Assembly: GCA_963700795.1 (NCBI GenBank)
Contig: CAVOYX010000006.1
Coordinates: 391,862-455,861, forward strand
Direction: 5' to 3'
Source of the DNA: an uncultured Alphaproteobacteria bacterium
Lineage (GTDB): Bacteria; Pseudomonadota; Alphaproteobacteria; Rhizobiales; Beijerinckiaceae
DNA: 64,000 nt
Shown here: piece after piece, positions 39,993 to 50,865 of the stretch
Layout: every line of letters begins with the position of its first letter
Position numbering within the stretch: the first letter of the stretch is position 1
The notes under the pieces: generated by a model
Database searches by the model: none
Seen by the model: only the letters and a program-made list of their open reading frames with translations
Told to the model about the DNA's origin: nothing
Program-made: the position numbers and the translations under genes

Positions 39993-41253
39993 ATGACCTC
40001 ACTCGCCAGCGCACCCGAATCCAAATCCGACAAATCCTTCCTGGAAGTCTGGATCATCACGATCGGACATTCGCTGACGCACTGGTATCCGGCGACGTTC
40101 TACATCCTGTTGCCGCTGATCGGCGTGGAGCTTGGGCTCAATGCGGCGCAGATCGGCATGATCGTGTCAGCGCAATATTTGGCCGGAGCGATTTCGAACC
40201 TGCCGGGCGGCATTCTGGTCGAACTCGGTGCCCCGCAAGGGGATCCTGCTGGCGACGTCGCTGTTCTGGATAGGCGTGCCCTATTTCCTGATGGGCTTTT
40301 CGAGCAGCTATTACGTGCTGTTGACGTGTGCCGCACTGATCGGTGTTGGCAATAATCTCTGGCATCCGACAGCCATTCCCTGGCTTGGCCGCCGTTTTCC
40401 CGAGCGCAAGGGCCTTGTGATGGCCTGGCACGGCATGGGCGGCAATGTCGGCGATGCCTTCGCTCCAATGGTTGCCGGCGGGCTTATTACCTATTTCGCA
40501 TGGACCTGGCGCGATGTCGTTTTCGCCAATATCGTGCCCGGCGTCATCATGGCCGTTGCGATCCTTTGGTATCTCGGCTCGATGAGCATGGCGCCAAAGG
40601 CCGGCGCAAAACCCGCAGCTGTTGACGAAAAACAATTGTCCAAGAGCGAGGTACTGCGCGCCCTGCCGCAATTGTTCAAGAATCAGGTTCTGCTGTTTCT
40701 CTGCATCTCATCTGCCTTCCGTTCGATGACGCAGAACGGCATCATGGTTTTCCTGCCGCTCTATCTCTTCGAGATGAAATACACGGCGGCGGCCGTGGGA
40801 ACTTCCATGTTTGTCCTGCAGGCTGCCGGTTTTGTGGCAGCGCCGATCGCCGGTTACATGTCCGACAAGGTCGGGCGCGGCAGTGTCATGATGGCCTCAA
40901 TGATCATGATTGCGATCGTGCTGGCCGCCATGGCCTTCATGGGAAATTCGCCAATTTTCGTCTTCTTCGTTGCGGCTCTGGGATTCTTCCTGTTCGCCCT
41001 TCGTCCGGTGCTGCAGGCATGGCTTCTCGATGCTACCCCTAAGAATCTCGGCGGATCGGCAATCGGTGCGATGTTTGGCATTCAGTCGGTCGGCTCGGCC
41101 ATCGGCCCGGCCATCTGCGGTTTCATCGCACTTAAATGGGGCATCCTCAGCGTCTTCTGGTTTCTTGCCTTCACAATCTGTGTGGCAAACCTGCTGGTAT
41201 TCCTGATGCCCAAATCCGCATTCACCAAGCAGAATGTACAGGCCGCAGAATAA
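39993..41253 (+). CDS. MFS transporter (Fsr-like), frameshift near 40222
   Basis: GH.LTHWY, LWHP.A, FPERKG..M.WHGMGGNVGDA, G..SDK.GR; ORFs 39993 and 40228 join. Confidence 0.88.
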
Positions 41254-41270
41254 AACGGCACGTTTCAACG

Positions 41271-41306
41271 AAAACGGCGGCTCTGGTGAGCCGCCGTTTT
41301 TTTTTG
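41271..41306. terminator. Bidirectional intrinsic terminator
   Basis: AAAACGGCGGCTC-tggt-GAGCCGCCGTTTT followed by a T-run, between convergent MFS and GST genes. Confidence 0.9.
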
Positions 41307-41320
41307 AGTGAAATGGCCAG

Positions 41321-41929
41321 CTATCCGCCAATGCCTTCGGCCTTCATGGCTTCCTTCACCTTTGGCCGCGCGCCAATGCGCTGCATATAGGCATCGACAT
41401 TGGGATATTTCGACATGTCGATTTTGTGGATACGCGTCCAGTTCAGCACCGTGAACAGATAGGCATCTGCGACCGAGAAGCCATTGCCAAACACGAACTG
41501 CTTGCCCTCGAGCATCTTGTCGAGCTGCCCTATGCGTCTGTCGGCATAAGCAAGCACACCTTCGCGCCAGGCATCCTTGCATGCGGGGTTGAACAATGAA
41601 CCTATCGACTTGTGCAGTTCGGATGTTGTGAAGTTGAGGGTTTCCTGCAGGCGATATCGCTCCATCGTGCCATTGGCTGGCGCCAGACCCGCTTCCGGCT
41701 TGTGATCAGCCAGATATTGCACGATCGCCGGGCCTTCGGTGAGTACCTGTCCATTCCCCAGATCGAGGGCTGGAACATAGCCACGCGGGCTGATGGTCCA
41801 GAAATCCTTGCCGCTTTCCGTTTTCTTGGCGCGCAAATCGACTTTTTCAATTTCCAGGGGAATACCCGCTTCAAGGGCGACAATATGTGGAGACAGCGAG
41901 CAGGCGCCGGGGGAATAGTACAGTTTCAT
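41321..41929 (-). CDS. gstA: Glutathione S-transferase, beta class
   Basis: MKLYYSPGACSLSPHI, P.GYVPAL, LTEGPAIVQYLAD, SELHK, FSVADAYLF, AMKAEG. Confidence 0.94.
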   Translation of the reverse strand: MKLYYSPGACSLSPHIVALEAGIPLEIEKVDLRAKKTESGKDFWTISPRGYVPALDLGNGQVLTEGPAIVQYLADHKPEAGLAPANGTMERYRLQETLNFTTSELHKSIGSLFNPACKDAWREGVLAYADRRIGQLDKMLEGKQFVFGNGFSVADAYLFTVLNWTRIHKIDMSKYPNVDAYMQRIGARPKVKEAMKAEGIGG

Positions 41930-42190
41930 GGGAATACTCCTGAAGACCAAGATGGCCGAAACGGCCAGCAATGCAGTGTAGACCCGTGCATAGCAGCCAC
42001 AATGACATTCTGTGTGCATTGATGCCCGAGCTACCTTGCAGCTCAATACCGCCGGCGGCGGAAAATCGTGGTGACAGGTTATGCCTTTGCCGCCTAGCGG
42101 GTTGCACCATACCGGCCCCTCCCCTAAAGCCTGAATATGCGGTGCGGGAGCATCCCCCGCCACCATCTGCACGGGACAGAGCGGACTGCG

Positions 42191-43465
42191 ATGAATGTAC
42201 TTCTGATCGGCTCCGGTGGACGCGAACATGCGCTGGCGCTCGCCATTTCAAAATCGCCCGTGCTGCGCAAATTGTATGTTGCGCCGGGAAATCCAGGCAC
42301 TGCCGCGATCGCCGAGAATGTGCAGCTCGACCCCGCCGACCATCGCAACATCGTCGCCTTTGCCTATCGCATGCAGATTGGCCTTGTCGTTATCGGGCCC
42401 GAAGCACCCCTGGTTGCGGGCCTGACGGACGAACTGGAAGAGGCAGGCATCGCCGTGTTCGGCCCGTCGCAGGACGCAGCCCAGGTTGAGGGCTCCAAGG
42501 GCTTCACCAAGGACCTTTGCCGCGATTTCAACATTCCCACCGGAGCCTATGAACGCTTTCGCGAGGCCGCTTCCGCCATCGTATATGCGCGCAAACAATC
42601 CTTGCCCGTTGTTGTGAAGGCCGATGGTCTTGCAGCTGGCAAAGGCGTCATCATTGCCGAAACCCACGAGGAAGCAGAGCGCGCGATCAATGACATGTTT
42701 GGCGGCATGTTTGGGGCAGCTGGCGCCGAAGTTGTCATCGAGGAATTTCTGGAAGGCGAGGAAGCGTCCTTCTTTGCCCTGTGCGATGGTGAACGCGCGC
42801 TGGCTTTTGCATCGGCGCAGGATCACAAGCGCGTAGGCGACGGCGATACGGGGCCCAACACCGGCGGCATGGGCGCCTACTCACCCGCGCCAATCATGAG
42901 CGATGCGATGAGCGCGCGCGTGATGACAGAGATCGTTCACCCGACGCTGAAAGGCATGCAGGCTCGCGGCGCGCCTTACAAGGGTGTCCTGTTTGTCGGT
43001 CTCATGATCGGCAAGGATGGGCCGAAACTCATCGAGTTCAACGCGCGCTTCGGCGATCCGGAAACGCAGGTCATGCTGCCGCGTCTCGACGAAGACCTGT
43101 TGCCACTGCTGATGGCCTGCGCCCAGGGCAAGCTGCGCAGCGAGCCGGTGAAGCTGAAAGCGCAGTCGGCGCTGACCGTGGTCTATGCGGCAAACGGCTA
43201 TCCTGATGCGCCTGAGCGCGGCACGGAAATAAAGGGCGTCGAGTCTTTGGCGCAAGAGCCGGATGTGCTCGTTTTCCACGCGGGAACCAAAACAGACAAT
43301 GACCGTTTGCTAGCCAACGGCGGACGCGTGTTGAACATCACCGGCATTGGCGATGATTTCCTAACTGCGCGTGCGCGCGCATACGATGCGATAGCGAAGA
43401 TTGACTGGCCCGGTGGATTTTACCGCAAGGACATTGGCTGGCGCGCGATCGAGCGTTTGGGCTAA
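42191..43465 (+). CDS. purD: Phosphoribosylamine--glycine ligase
   Basis: [66 protein letters not shown]. Confidence 0.98.
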   Translation: MNVLLIGSGGREHALALAISKSPVLRKLYVAPGNPGTAAIAENVQLDPADHRNIVAFAYRMQIGLVVIGPEAPLVAGLTDELEEAGIAVFGPSQDAAQVEGSKGFTKDLCRDFNIPTGAYERFREAASAIVYARKQSLPVVVKADGLAAGKGVIIAETHEEAERAINDMFGGMFGAAGAEVVIEEFLEGEEASFFALCDGERALAFASAQDHKRVGDGDTGPNTGGMGAYSPAPIMSDAMSARVMTEIVHPTLKGMQARGAPYKGVLFVGLMIGKDGPKLIEFNARFGDPETQVMLPRLDEDLLPLLMACAQGKLRSEPVKLKAQSALTVVYAANGYPDAPERGTEIKGVESLAQEPDVLVFHAGTKTDNDRLLANGGRVLNITGIGDDFLTARARAYDAIAKIDWPGGFYRKDIGWRAIERLG

Positions 43466-43511
43466 CGTTAGAGAAAGCGTTAGAGAAAGACCTGATCCGG
43501 CGGAGGCCAGC

Positions 43512-44414
43512 ATGAGCAATACGGATTCTCTTTTCCCCGGCTTCGAAGCGCACTGGATCGATACGGAAGCTGGAAAAATATTTGCCCGTGTAAAGGGCGA
43601 TGGTCCTGCACTCGTCTTGCTGCACGGTTTTCCGCAGACACATGTGATGTGGCATGGCGTGGCCAATGCACTGGCGTCACAATTTCGCGTGGTTGCAATG
43701 GACATGCGCGGCTATGGCTGGTCGTCTGCGCCCCATAGCGAGGCTGGTGCGCAATACAGCAAGCGCGTGATGGCCAATGACGTTATCGCGGTGATGGAAC
43801 ACCTCGGTCATGTGCGCTTTGCACTGGCTGGCCATGATCGCGGCGCGCGGGTTGGATACCGTCTGGCGCTCGATCATCCCGGACGACTGGAAAAGCTGGC
43901 GCTGCTCGACATCATTCCTACGTGCGATGTCTGGCGTGGCATCAAGGCGGGCGAACGGCCTGCCGCACATTGGGGCTTTCTGGCCGAGCCCGCGCCACAG
44001 CCCGAAAGCTCCATTGCCGCACAAGGTCCGGACGAATATTTCCGTGGCCTGATGTCGAAATGGGCAGCAGACCAGACGCTGAAACCATTCGATGGAAGAG
44101 CGCTGGAAGCCTATCGCGAAGCCTGGGGCAACACCAACCGCATTCACGCATTCTGCGAGGATTATCGCGCCGGAGCGACTGCCGATCTTGCCCAGGATGA
44201 AGCGGACCTTGCAGCAGGAAAAGTTATCGATTGCCCGGTCGCGGCCATCTGGGGCGAATTCTATCTGACCGCCGGCAAGGAAAACCCTCTGCAGGTCTGG
44301 CGCAGGACTTTTGCCCCGCATGCAAGCGGAACCAAAATCGATTCCGGCCACTTTGTCGCCGAAGAAAACGCTCCTGCAACGCTGCAAGCGCTGCAGGAAT
44401 TTCTGGCTGCATAA
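43512..44414 (+). CDS. Alpha/beta hydrolase of the haloacetate/fluoroacetate dehalogenase type
   Basis: LLHGFPQTHVMWH, YSKRVMA.D, GHDRGARV.YRLALDHP, LDIIPT, HW, CEDYRA, SGHF..EE.P; GGAGG RBS. Confidence 0.85.
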   Translation: MSNTDSLFPGFEAHWIDTEAGKIFARVKGDGPALVLLHGFPQTHVMWHGVANALASQFRVVAMDMRGYGWSSAPHSEAGAQYSKRVMANDVIAVMEHLGHVRFALAGHDRGARVGYRLALDHPGRLEKLALLDIIPTCDVWRGIKAGERPAAHWGFLAEPAPQPESSIAAQGPDEYFRGLMSKWAADQTLKPFDGRALEAYREAWGNTNRIHAFCEDYRAGATADLAQDEADLAAGKVIDCPVAAIWGEFYLTAGKENPLQVWRRTFAPHASGTKIDSGHFVAEENAPATLQALQEFLAA

Positions 44415-44454
44415 ATCCGGCAAAAGGATTGTCGTCAGCCAACGCTTGTCGGGA

Positions 44455-44871
44455 TCAATGATGTGCGCTGACCGCTGCAATCGTTTCACCTGCAGTCTTG
44501 GTCGTGGCAGCGTGAGAAATATCGCCCAGTGCCAACATTCCCACCATGCGCTTGTTCTTGTCGATCACCGGAAGTCTGCGGATTTTTTCTTCCGACATTT
44601 TCTTCAGGGCCTTTTCGAGATCATCGCTGTCCTTGGCGTAGGAAATGCCTTTCGTCATGGCGTCAGCGGCTGTCAATCTCGTCATGTCAGCACCGTCGGC
44701 AACAGCACGGCAGACAATGTCCCGATCGGTTATCATACCGACCAGCTTGTCGTTCTCACCGACAGGCAGCGAACCGACATCGAACTTTTTCATACGGCGG
44801 GCAACTTCAACAAGGCTGGTGTCAGGCGATACCCATTCGGCGCCCTTGTGCATGGCTTCACGGACTTTCAT
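44455..44871 (-). CDS. CBS-domain pair protein
   Basis: MKVREAM, DVGSLPV, LVGMITDRDIV.R, IRRLPV, GML.LGD; AGGAGG RBS. Confidence 0.92.
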   Translation of the reverse strand: MKVREAMHKGAEWVSPDTSLVEVARRMKKFDVGSLPVGENDKLVGMITDRDIVCRAVADGADMTRLTAADAMTKGISYAKDSDDLEKALKKMSEEKIRRLPVIDKNKRMVGMLALGDISHAATTKTAGETIAAVSAHH

Positions 44872-45108
44872 CGCAACCTCCTGTGCAGTGCGGGTTTCCC
44901 TTCCGGCAGAGGCGGCCGCGCTTGCGTTCGCTATTGTTACTGCTGTGGGCAAGCGCGGAAGCCTTGCAACACTGGTCTCAAATTACGGCGCAATTGACGT
45001 CAGGCATGAAATCGTTTGTCGTACCGCAAGAGTGACATTCGAAGCTTGCGCTCGGCCGCAACGGGGCGGATGCCTGAATTCTGCATAGTTCCTGAACGGC
45101 AACACAGA

Positions 45109-45573
45109 CTAACGTCTGTTTTTGAAAAAATCTCGCAACATGTCTGCTGATTCGCTTTCGCGAATGCCGCCGTATACTTCCGGCGCATGATGACAGGTGG
45201 CTTGCGCAAAAAAGCGCGGACCGTTTTCAACCGCTCCGCCCTTTTCATCGCTGGCGGCAAAATACAGTCGTCTGATGCGGGCAAAAGAAATGGCCGCTGC
45301 GCACATGGCGCAAGGCTCCAGCGTCACATAGAGGTCGCAGCCAATGAGCCGCTCCGATCCCAGCCCGGAAGCTGCAGCGCGGATCGCGAGCATCTCGGCA
45401 TGTGCGGTCGGGTCCTTGTCAGCGAGCGTCCGGTTTCCGGCTGCTGCCAGGATCTTTCCGTCCTTCACAATCACCGCGCCCACGGGAACTTCGCCGCGCA
45501 CAGCAGCGCTCGTTGCCTCGGCAAAGGCGCGGGACATGGGGTCATCGCCGGATGTTGATGGGCCATCGCTCAT
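45109..45573 (-). CDS. tadA: tRNA adenosine(34) deaminase / nucleoside deaminase
   Basis: GEVPVGAV, DPTAHAE, TLEPCAMC, ARIRRLY, FFKNRR. Confidence 0.9.
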   Translation of the reverse strand: MSDGPSTSGDDPMSRAFAEATSAAVRGEVPVGAVIVKDGKILAAAGNRTLADKDPTAHAEMLAIRAAASGLGSERLIGCDLYVTLEPCAMCAAAISFARIRRLYFAASDEKGGAVENGPRFFAQATCHHAPEVYGGIRESESADMLRDFFKNRR

Positions 45574-45666
45574 GGTCCCTCATGGGCCAGCCAAGCGCCT
45601 TTTGGCAAGGGGGTGCTCCCGCACGAAGGGCCTATCCTTTCCGCCAGCGACCTGATATTTGCGCGC

Positions 45667-47927
45667 ATGAGCGAAAATCAGGATCATTCGGGCGAGCGGA
45701 TCGCCAAAATCATGGCGCGCGCAGGGCTTTGCTCGCGCCGTGAAGCCGAAAGCTGGATCGAAGCCGGGCGCGTGGCGGTCAACGGCACGGTGCTGGACAG
45801 TCCGGCATTCAACGTCAAGCCGGACGACCGGGTGACCGTGGACGGTGCGCCGCTGGGCAAGCGCGAACGCACACGGCTGTTCTTTTTTCACAAGCCGCGC
45901 GGCACGGTGACGACGGCATTCGACCCACAGGGCCGGCCGACCGTTTTCGACGCCATGCCGGAAGGGCTGCCGCGTCTGGTGACAGTTGGCCGCCTCGACA
46001 TCAACACCGAAGGCCTTTTGCTGCTCACCAATGATGGTGGCCTTGCCCGCGCCCTGGAATTGCCCTCAACGGGCTGGTTGCGACGCTATCGCGTACGGGC
46101 GCATGGGCGCACCGATCAGGCTGTCCTCGACAAATTGCGCGATGGCATCACCATCGACGGGATCAATTATCGCAGCATTGAAGCGCGGCTGGATCGCGAA
46201 CAGGGCTCCAATGTCTGGCTGACAATCGGATTGCGCGAAGGCAAGAATCGCGAAGTCAAAAAGGTGCTCGAACATATCGGGCTGGACGTGAACAGGCTGA
46301 TCCGCATTTCATTCGGTCCGTTTCAACTTGGCGAACTGGAAGAAGGTGCGGTCGAGGAAGTCAAGACACGCATCCTGAAAGACCAGCTCGGCGACAAGAT
46401 CGCAGACCTTGCAGGCGCCGATTTCGAAGCACCGTTGCAGGACGAGGCAGAAGACCGTGATCGCGACTTGCATCGAAGCGACCGCCAGTCCTTCCGGGAC
46501 GATGGCCCGTCCAGAGGCAGGTCCGCCGGCAGGGATGGAGACAGCCGCGCAGGCAGGCTTCGCCGTGGTAAGGATGATCATCCCGAGGCAGAGGCCGAAG
46601 CGCCGCCATTGCGTGAGAAGCCTTTGCCCGGCAAACGCAAGCACGTTTCGGTCATGCGTGAGGAACGCAGCGAACATGCCCAGGGCAAGGGCGATCGCCG
46701 CCGTCTGGAAAAAGCAGAAACAGCCGATCGCAAGGGGCGTGCGGTAAGCGTCGAACGTATCGTCAAGGCGGATCGAAAGCCGGGCCGCGACGAAGCCCCG
46801 GCCAAGTCACGCCGCAACGCAGAACGTTTTTCCAAGATGCGCACGGAACGCGATGGGCAACCGAGCCGCGGCAACGAGACATTGCGGCGGCCACGGCGAC
46901 CGGACAGCGAAGGCGCCGAGCGGCCATGGAAATCAAAATTCCGCACGGACCGGCCGGGCTTTGAGGAAAGGCCGGAGGGCGATCGGGGCGCACCGCGCGG
47001 CGGCGAGCGTAGACCTTCCTACCGCAACCGCGATGACGGCCAGCGCGGTGTCAGCGACGCGCCCGAACGCGGTGAGCACAAACCATGGGCGCGCACCGAA
47101 GGCAGCGCACCGCGTGCACCGCGCGCCGAAGGCGAATTCCGCCAGCGCCGCAGCGCGCCAGACGGCGAAAAGCGCGAGTTCAGAAAACGTGATGACAGAC
47201 CGCGCACAGGTGGCGATCGCCCGGAACGTACCGAACGCAAACCATGGGCGCGCACCGAAGGCAGCGCACCGCGTGCACCGCGCGCCGAAGGCGAATTCCG
47301 CCAGCGCCGCAGCGCGCCAGACGGCGAAAAGCGCGAGTTCAGAAAACGCGATGACAGACCGCGCACAGGTGGCGATCGCCCGGAACGTACCGAACGCAAA
47401 CCATGGGCGCGCACCGAAGGCAGCGCACCGCGTGCACCGCGCGCCGAAGGCGAGTTCCGCCAGCGCCGCAGCGCGCCAGATGGCGAAAAGCGCGAGTTCA
47501 AAAAACGCGATGACAGACCGCGCACAGGTGGCGATCGCCCGGAACGTACCGAACGCAAACCCTGGGCACGCACAGAAGGCAGCGCACCGCGTGCACCACG
47601 CGCCGAAGGCGAGTTCCGCCAGCGTAGCAGCGCACCAGAGGCGAAAAGCGGGAGTTCAGAAAACGCGAATTCACCGGAAAACCTGACGGCGGCAATCGGT
47701 TCAGCAAACCCGATGGTGAGCGTCGCGGGCCTCCACGCAAAAGCGGTGGCAAAGCCGATTTCAAGGATCGTGATATCGGCAGTCCACGCTCCGGCAAACC
47801 GCCCGCTGGCAAATCCTACGGTGGAAAACCGCGGGCAGACCAAGGCAGGTTTGGTGGTGGAAAGGACCGCAACAATGGCAGTCGCGGCGGCCCGCGAGGT
47901 CCACGCAAGGGCGGCAGGGACCGCTGA
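45667..47927 (+). CDS. rluB: 23S rRNA pseudouridine synthase (RsuA/RluB family) with a long repetitive disordered tail; frameshift near 47640
   Basis: S4 domain ERIAK..ARAG.CSRR; HKPRG; VGRLDINTEGLLLLTNDG; EGKNREV. After a 1-nt deletion the tail continues ...RGGPRGPRKGGRDR* to TGA 47927, just before rsmD. Confidence 0.9.
47080..47668 (+). repeat. Coding tandem repeat, 159-bp (53-aa) unit, about 3.7 copies
   Basis: KPWARTEGSAPRAPRAEGEFRQRRSAPDGEKREFRKRDDRPRTGGDRPERTER units start at 47080, 47239, 47398 and 47557. Confidence 0.95.
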
Positions 47928-47932
47928 TCGCC

Positions 47933-48490
47933 ATGCGTGTGGTCGGAGGAACTTTCAAGGGACGTGCGCTCAAGGCACCGTCGTCGGACAAGGTACGTCC
48001 AACATCAGATCGTCTGCGCGAATCCATATTCAACATACTGAACAGCAATTATCCCGACCTGCTGCAAGGCGCGCGCGTGATCGACCTGTTCGCAGGAACA
48101 GGCGCGCTTGCGCTTGAAGCACTGTCGCGCGGTGCGGCGTTTGCCCTGCTTGTCGACGACAGCGCGGAGGGACGCAGTCTCATCCGTGCCAATATCGAAG
48201 CGCTGGGCGTCGGCGGCGTCACGCGCGTATTCCGGCGTGATGCCACGAAACTCGGGCACATGCCGCCGCAAGACGCCTTCACGCTGGCCTTTCTCGATCC
48301 GCCCTATTCCAAGGGACTGGCCGATCTCGCCCTGGCCTCCCTGCACGAAGGTGGATGGCTGGCACGGGACGCACTTGTAGTTCTTGAAGAGAACGAAAAG
48401 GCCGAAATCACTATTCCGCAATGTTTCGAGACTATCGATCGCCGCTGCTATGGCGATACGCAATTGCTGCTTCTGCAATACGCGCCATAG
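47933..48490 (+). CDS. rsmD: 16S rRNA m2G966 methyltransferase
   Basis: MRVVGG..KGR.L, RPTSDRLRESIFNIL, DLFAGTGAL.LEALSRGA, FLDPPY, YGDT. Confidence 0.96.
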   Translation: MRVVGGTFKGRALKAPSSDKVRPTSDRLRESIFNILNSNYPDLLQGARVIDLFAGTGALALEALSRGAAFALLVDDSAEGRSLIRANIEALGVGGVTRVFRRDATKLGHMPPQDAFTLAFLDPPYSKGLADLALASLHEGGWLARDALVVLEENEKAEITIPQCFETIDRRCYGDTQLLLLQYAP

Positions 48491-48684
48491 AGAGAACAGG
48501 TTTAGACGTCTCCGTCTCCCGATTTGCTGCGCTTTACGGCTTGTCGCGCTCAGGCGCCCAAATGCGGCGAAGAAGTACGATGCGCGCACAGGTGAAGTAT
48601 TTTTCACCATCTGCCTGTCAAAGCAGGTAAACAGGGCCATATAGACAAAGATGATTCTTTGCGAAAGCTTTTCAGGAGTTTGTT

Positions 48685-48840
48685 ATGCCAAGAGGCGAGA
48701 ACAAGAGTAACCGCGAAAAGAAAAAACCCAAAGCCGACAAGAACAAGACAAAAGGTGGCAACACACCGGTGTCCATTTTTCCCGGCACGGGCTCGGCTTC
48801 GAAGACACCATTGCCTGCAATTGGCAAGAAGCCGAAATAA
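48685..48840 (+). CDS. Small basic protein, 51 aa (not in the ORF track)
   Basis: AGGAG RBS followed by MPRGENKSNREKKKPKADKNKTKGGNTPVSIFPGTGSASKTPLPAIGKKPK*; resembles, from recall, the alphaproteobacterial small-protein pattern G..(R/K)SN(R/K)E.KKPK.DK. Confidence 0.75.
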   Translation: MPRGENKSNREKKKPKADKNKTKGGNTPVSIFPGTGSASKTPLPAIGKKPK

Positions 48841-48921
48841 GCTAGACGCTCTGCGGCGTCATGTTTCCGAATGGATGCAATCGTGTGCTGCTCGCTCGCA
48901 ACAAGCGCGCTCATGCTTGGC

Positions 48922-50739
48922 TTATTTTCTGCCGAACAATCGCTCGACGTCCGCGAGCTTCAATTCCACATAGGTTGGCCGGCCGTGATTGCACTGGCCG
49001 GATCCTGGTGTGGCTTCCATTTCGCGCAACAGGGCGTTCATTTCCTCACCGGTAAGCCTGCGCCCCGCCCGCACCGAATGATGGCAGGCCATGGTTGCAA
49101 GAACATGGTCTATCTTCGCAGCCAGCGGAGCAACGCCATGATCATCGGCAAGCGTATCGGCCAGGTCGCGCACAAGTTGTTTGAGATTGCCGCCATTGAG
49201 CAGCGCTGGCGCTTCATTCACGCAGATTGCACCGGGACCGAATGAATTGATCACCAGACCGAATTGTTCGAGATCACCGGCGTGCTGCAACAATCGTTCG
49301 GCATCGCCGGAATCCATTTCGACGATTTCCGGAATCAACAATGCCTGTCGCGCAATACCATGTTCGTCGCGCTGGCGTTTGAGACGCTCGTAAACCAGAC
49401 GTTCATGGGCTGCATGCTGGTCGACGATGACAATGCCGCTACTGGTTTGCGCAACAATGTAGGTGTCGTGCAATTGTGCGCGGGCAGCGCCAAGCGGCGC
49501 ATCCGAAAGCGCTTGTTGCACAGGCGTTTCATGAACCCGCGTGTCTGCGGCGGGGATCGCATCATGCAGAAAGCCTGACTGCGGAGCGTCCGCCATGCCA
49601 CCTGTTTGCGACGGCGCTGCCGAAGACAGCCGCCAGTCCCAATTTAGGTTTTGCGCGCGATAGCCCTGCCCGGAATCCTGACCCGGCATGCGACGGGCCA
49701 GCGCATCAATCGTGCGTGCGCCTCCCGTACTGGTCGAGCGATGCATCGCGGCCGCAATGGTCTCCTTCAATGCGCCGACAATCAGGCCACGCACCAGACC
49801 GGGATCGCGAAAGCGAACTTCGGCCTTTGCCGGATGCACATTGACATCGACATCGTGCGGATCGATTTCCAGAAAGAGCGCGAGCGAGGGATGACGTCCC
49901 GATGGCAGGTAATCCATGTAAGCACCGCGAATGGCGCCCTGAAACAACTTGTCCCGCACCGGCCTGCCGTTGACAAACAGATATTGCGCCATGGCGTTGG
50001 CCCGATGAAAAGTCGGCAGCCCCGCAAAGCCTTTCAACATGACACCATCGCGCACCGCGTCGACCAGAAGCGCGTTGTCGCGAAAATCCCGTCCGAGGAC
50101 TTGCGCCATGCGGGTGAGCCACCCATCAGACGTATCGGGCGTAGGCGCGTAGGAAAAGCCGCTCAGGTTGTCTCCGGACAATGCAAAGCCAATCGTTGGA
50201 TTTGCCAGCGCGAGGCGTTTGAGGACATCGGCAACAGCTTGCGCTTCGGCACGATCGCTTTTCAGAAATTTCAATCGCGCGGGCGTGGCAGAAAACAGAT
50301 CGCGCACTTCAATACGCGTTCCCGGTGTATGGCTGGCGGGCGTAATCTTCCCCTTGCGTCCATGTTCGACGCGAATGGCGATGGCGTGAGCTGCATCTGC
50401 CGTTCGCGTGGTGATCTCCAATATCGCGACCGAACCGATGGACGGCAGCGCTTCCCCGCGAAAACCCAGCGTTGCAATATTTGTCAGATCGCCGGTGGCC
50501 AGCTTGGATGTGGCATGGCGCTCAACGGCCAGTTCCAGATCCCCCGTATCCATGCCGCTGCCATCGTCTGCGACGCGGATGAGTTTGCGCCCGCCCAATT
50601 CGACGGCAACCTCAATACGTTTGGCGCCAGCGTCGATGGAGTTCTCGACAAGTTCCTTCACGGCAGAAGCTGGCCGCTCGACCACCTCGCCCGCTGCGAT
50701 GCGGTCGACAAGTATGGGATCGAGGCGGCGAATGGACAT
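48922..50739 (-). CDS. mutL: DNA mismatch repair endonuclease MutL
   Basis: [71 protein letters not shown]. Confidence 0.98.
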   Translation of the reverse strand: MSIRRLDPILVDRIAAGEVVERPASAVKELVENSIDAGAKRIEVAVELGGRKLIRVADDGSGMDTGDLELAVERHATSKLATGDLTNIATLGFRGEALPSIGSVAILEITTRTADAAHAIAIRVEHGRKGKITPASHTPGTRIEVRDLFSATPARLKFLKSDRAEAQAVADVLKRLALANPTIGFALSGDNLSGFSYAPTPDTSDGWLTRMAQVLGRDFRDNALLVDAVRDGVMLKGFAGLPTFHRANAMAQYLFVNGRPVRDKLFQGAIRGAYMDYLPSGRHPSLALFLEIDPHDVDVNVHPAKAEVRFRDPGLVRGLIVGALKETIAAAMHRSTSTGGARTIDALARRMPGQDSGQGYRAQNLNWDWRLSSAAPSQTGGMADAPQSGFLHDAIPAADTRVHETPVQQALSDAPLGAARAQLHDTYIVAQTSSGIVIVDQHAAHERLVYERLKRQRDEHGIARQALLIPEIVEMDSGDAERLLQHAGDLEQFGLVINSFGPGAICVNEAPALLNGGNLKQLVRDLADTLADDHGVAPLAAKIDHVLATMACHHSVRAGRRLTGEEMNALLREMEATPGSGQCNHGRPTYVELKLADVERLFGRK

Positions 50740-50865
50740 GGGTTTGGCCTGGGCGGTCCGGCAAGGATTTGGGCAAAGGCAATTTATCAGCACTGAGCGA
50801 ACGAAGGGAAAGACTTGCCCCGCCGTCAACAGCAAATAACGCTCTCACACGCCCCTGCGGGCGGC

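Noticed and set aside
47080-47668. Mobile element or non-coding array
   Set aside because: The unit is a multiple of 3, in frame within rluB, and varies mostly at synonymous sites, so it is a coding VNTR.
45613-48117. rluB-rsmD overlap or 834-aa fusion as given in the ORF track
   Set aside because: It results from the 1-nt deletion near 47640; the corrected frame stops at 47927, 5 nt before rsmD.
48672-48914. 80-aa minus-strand hydrophobic ORF
   Set aside because: Its Phe/Leu run is the reverse complement of the Lys-rich plus-strand gene, which has the RBS.
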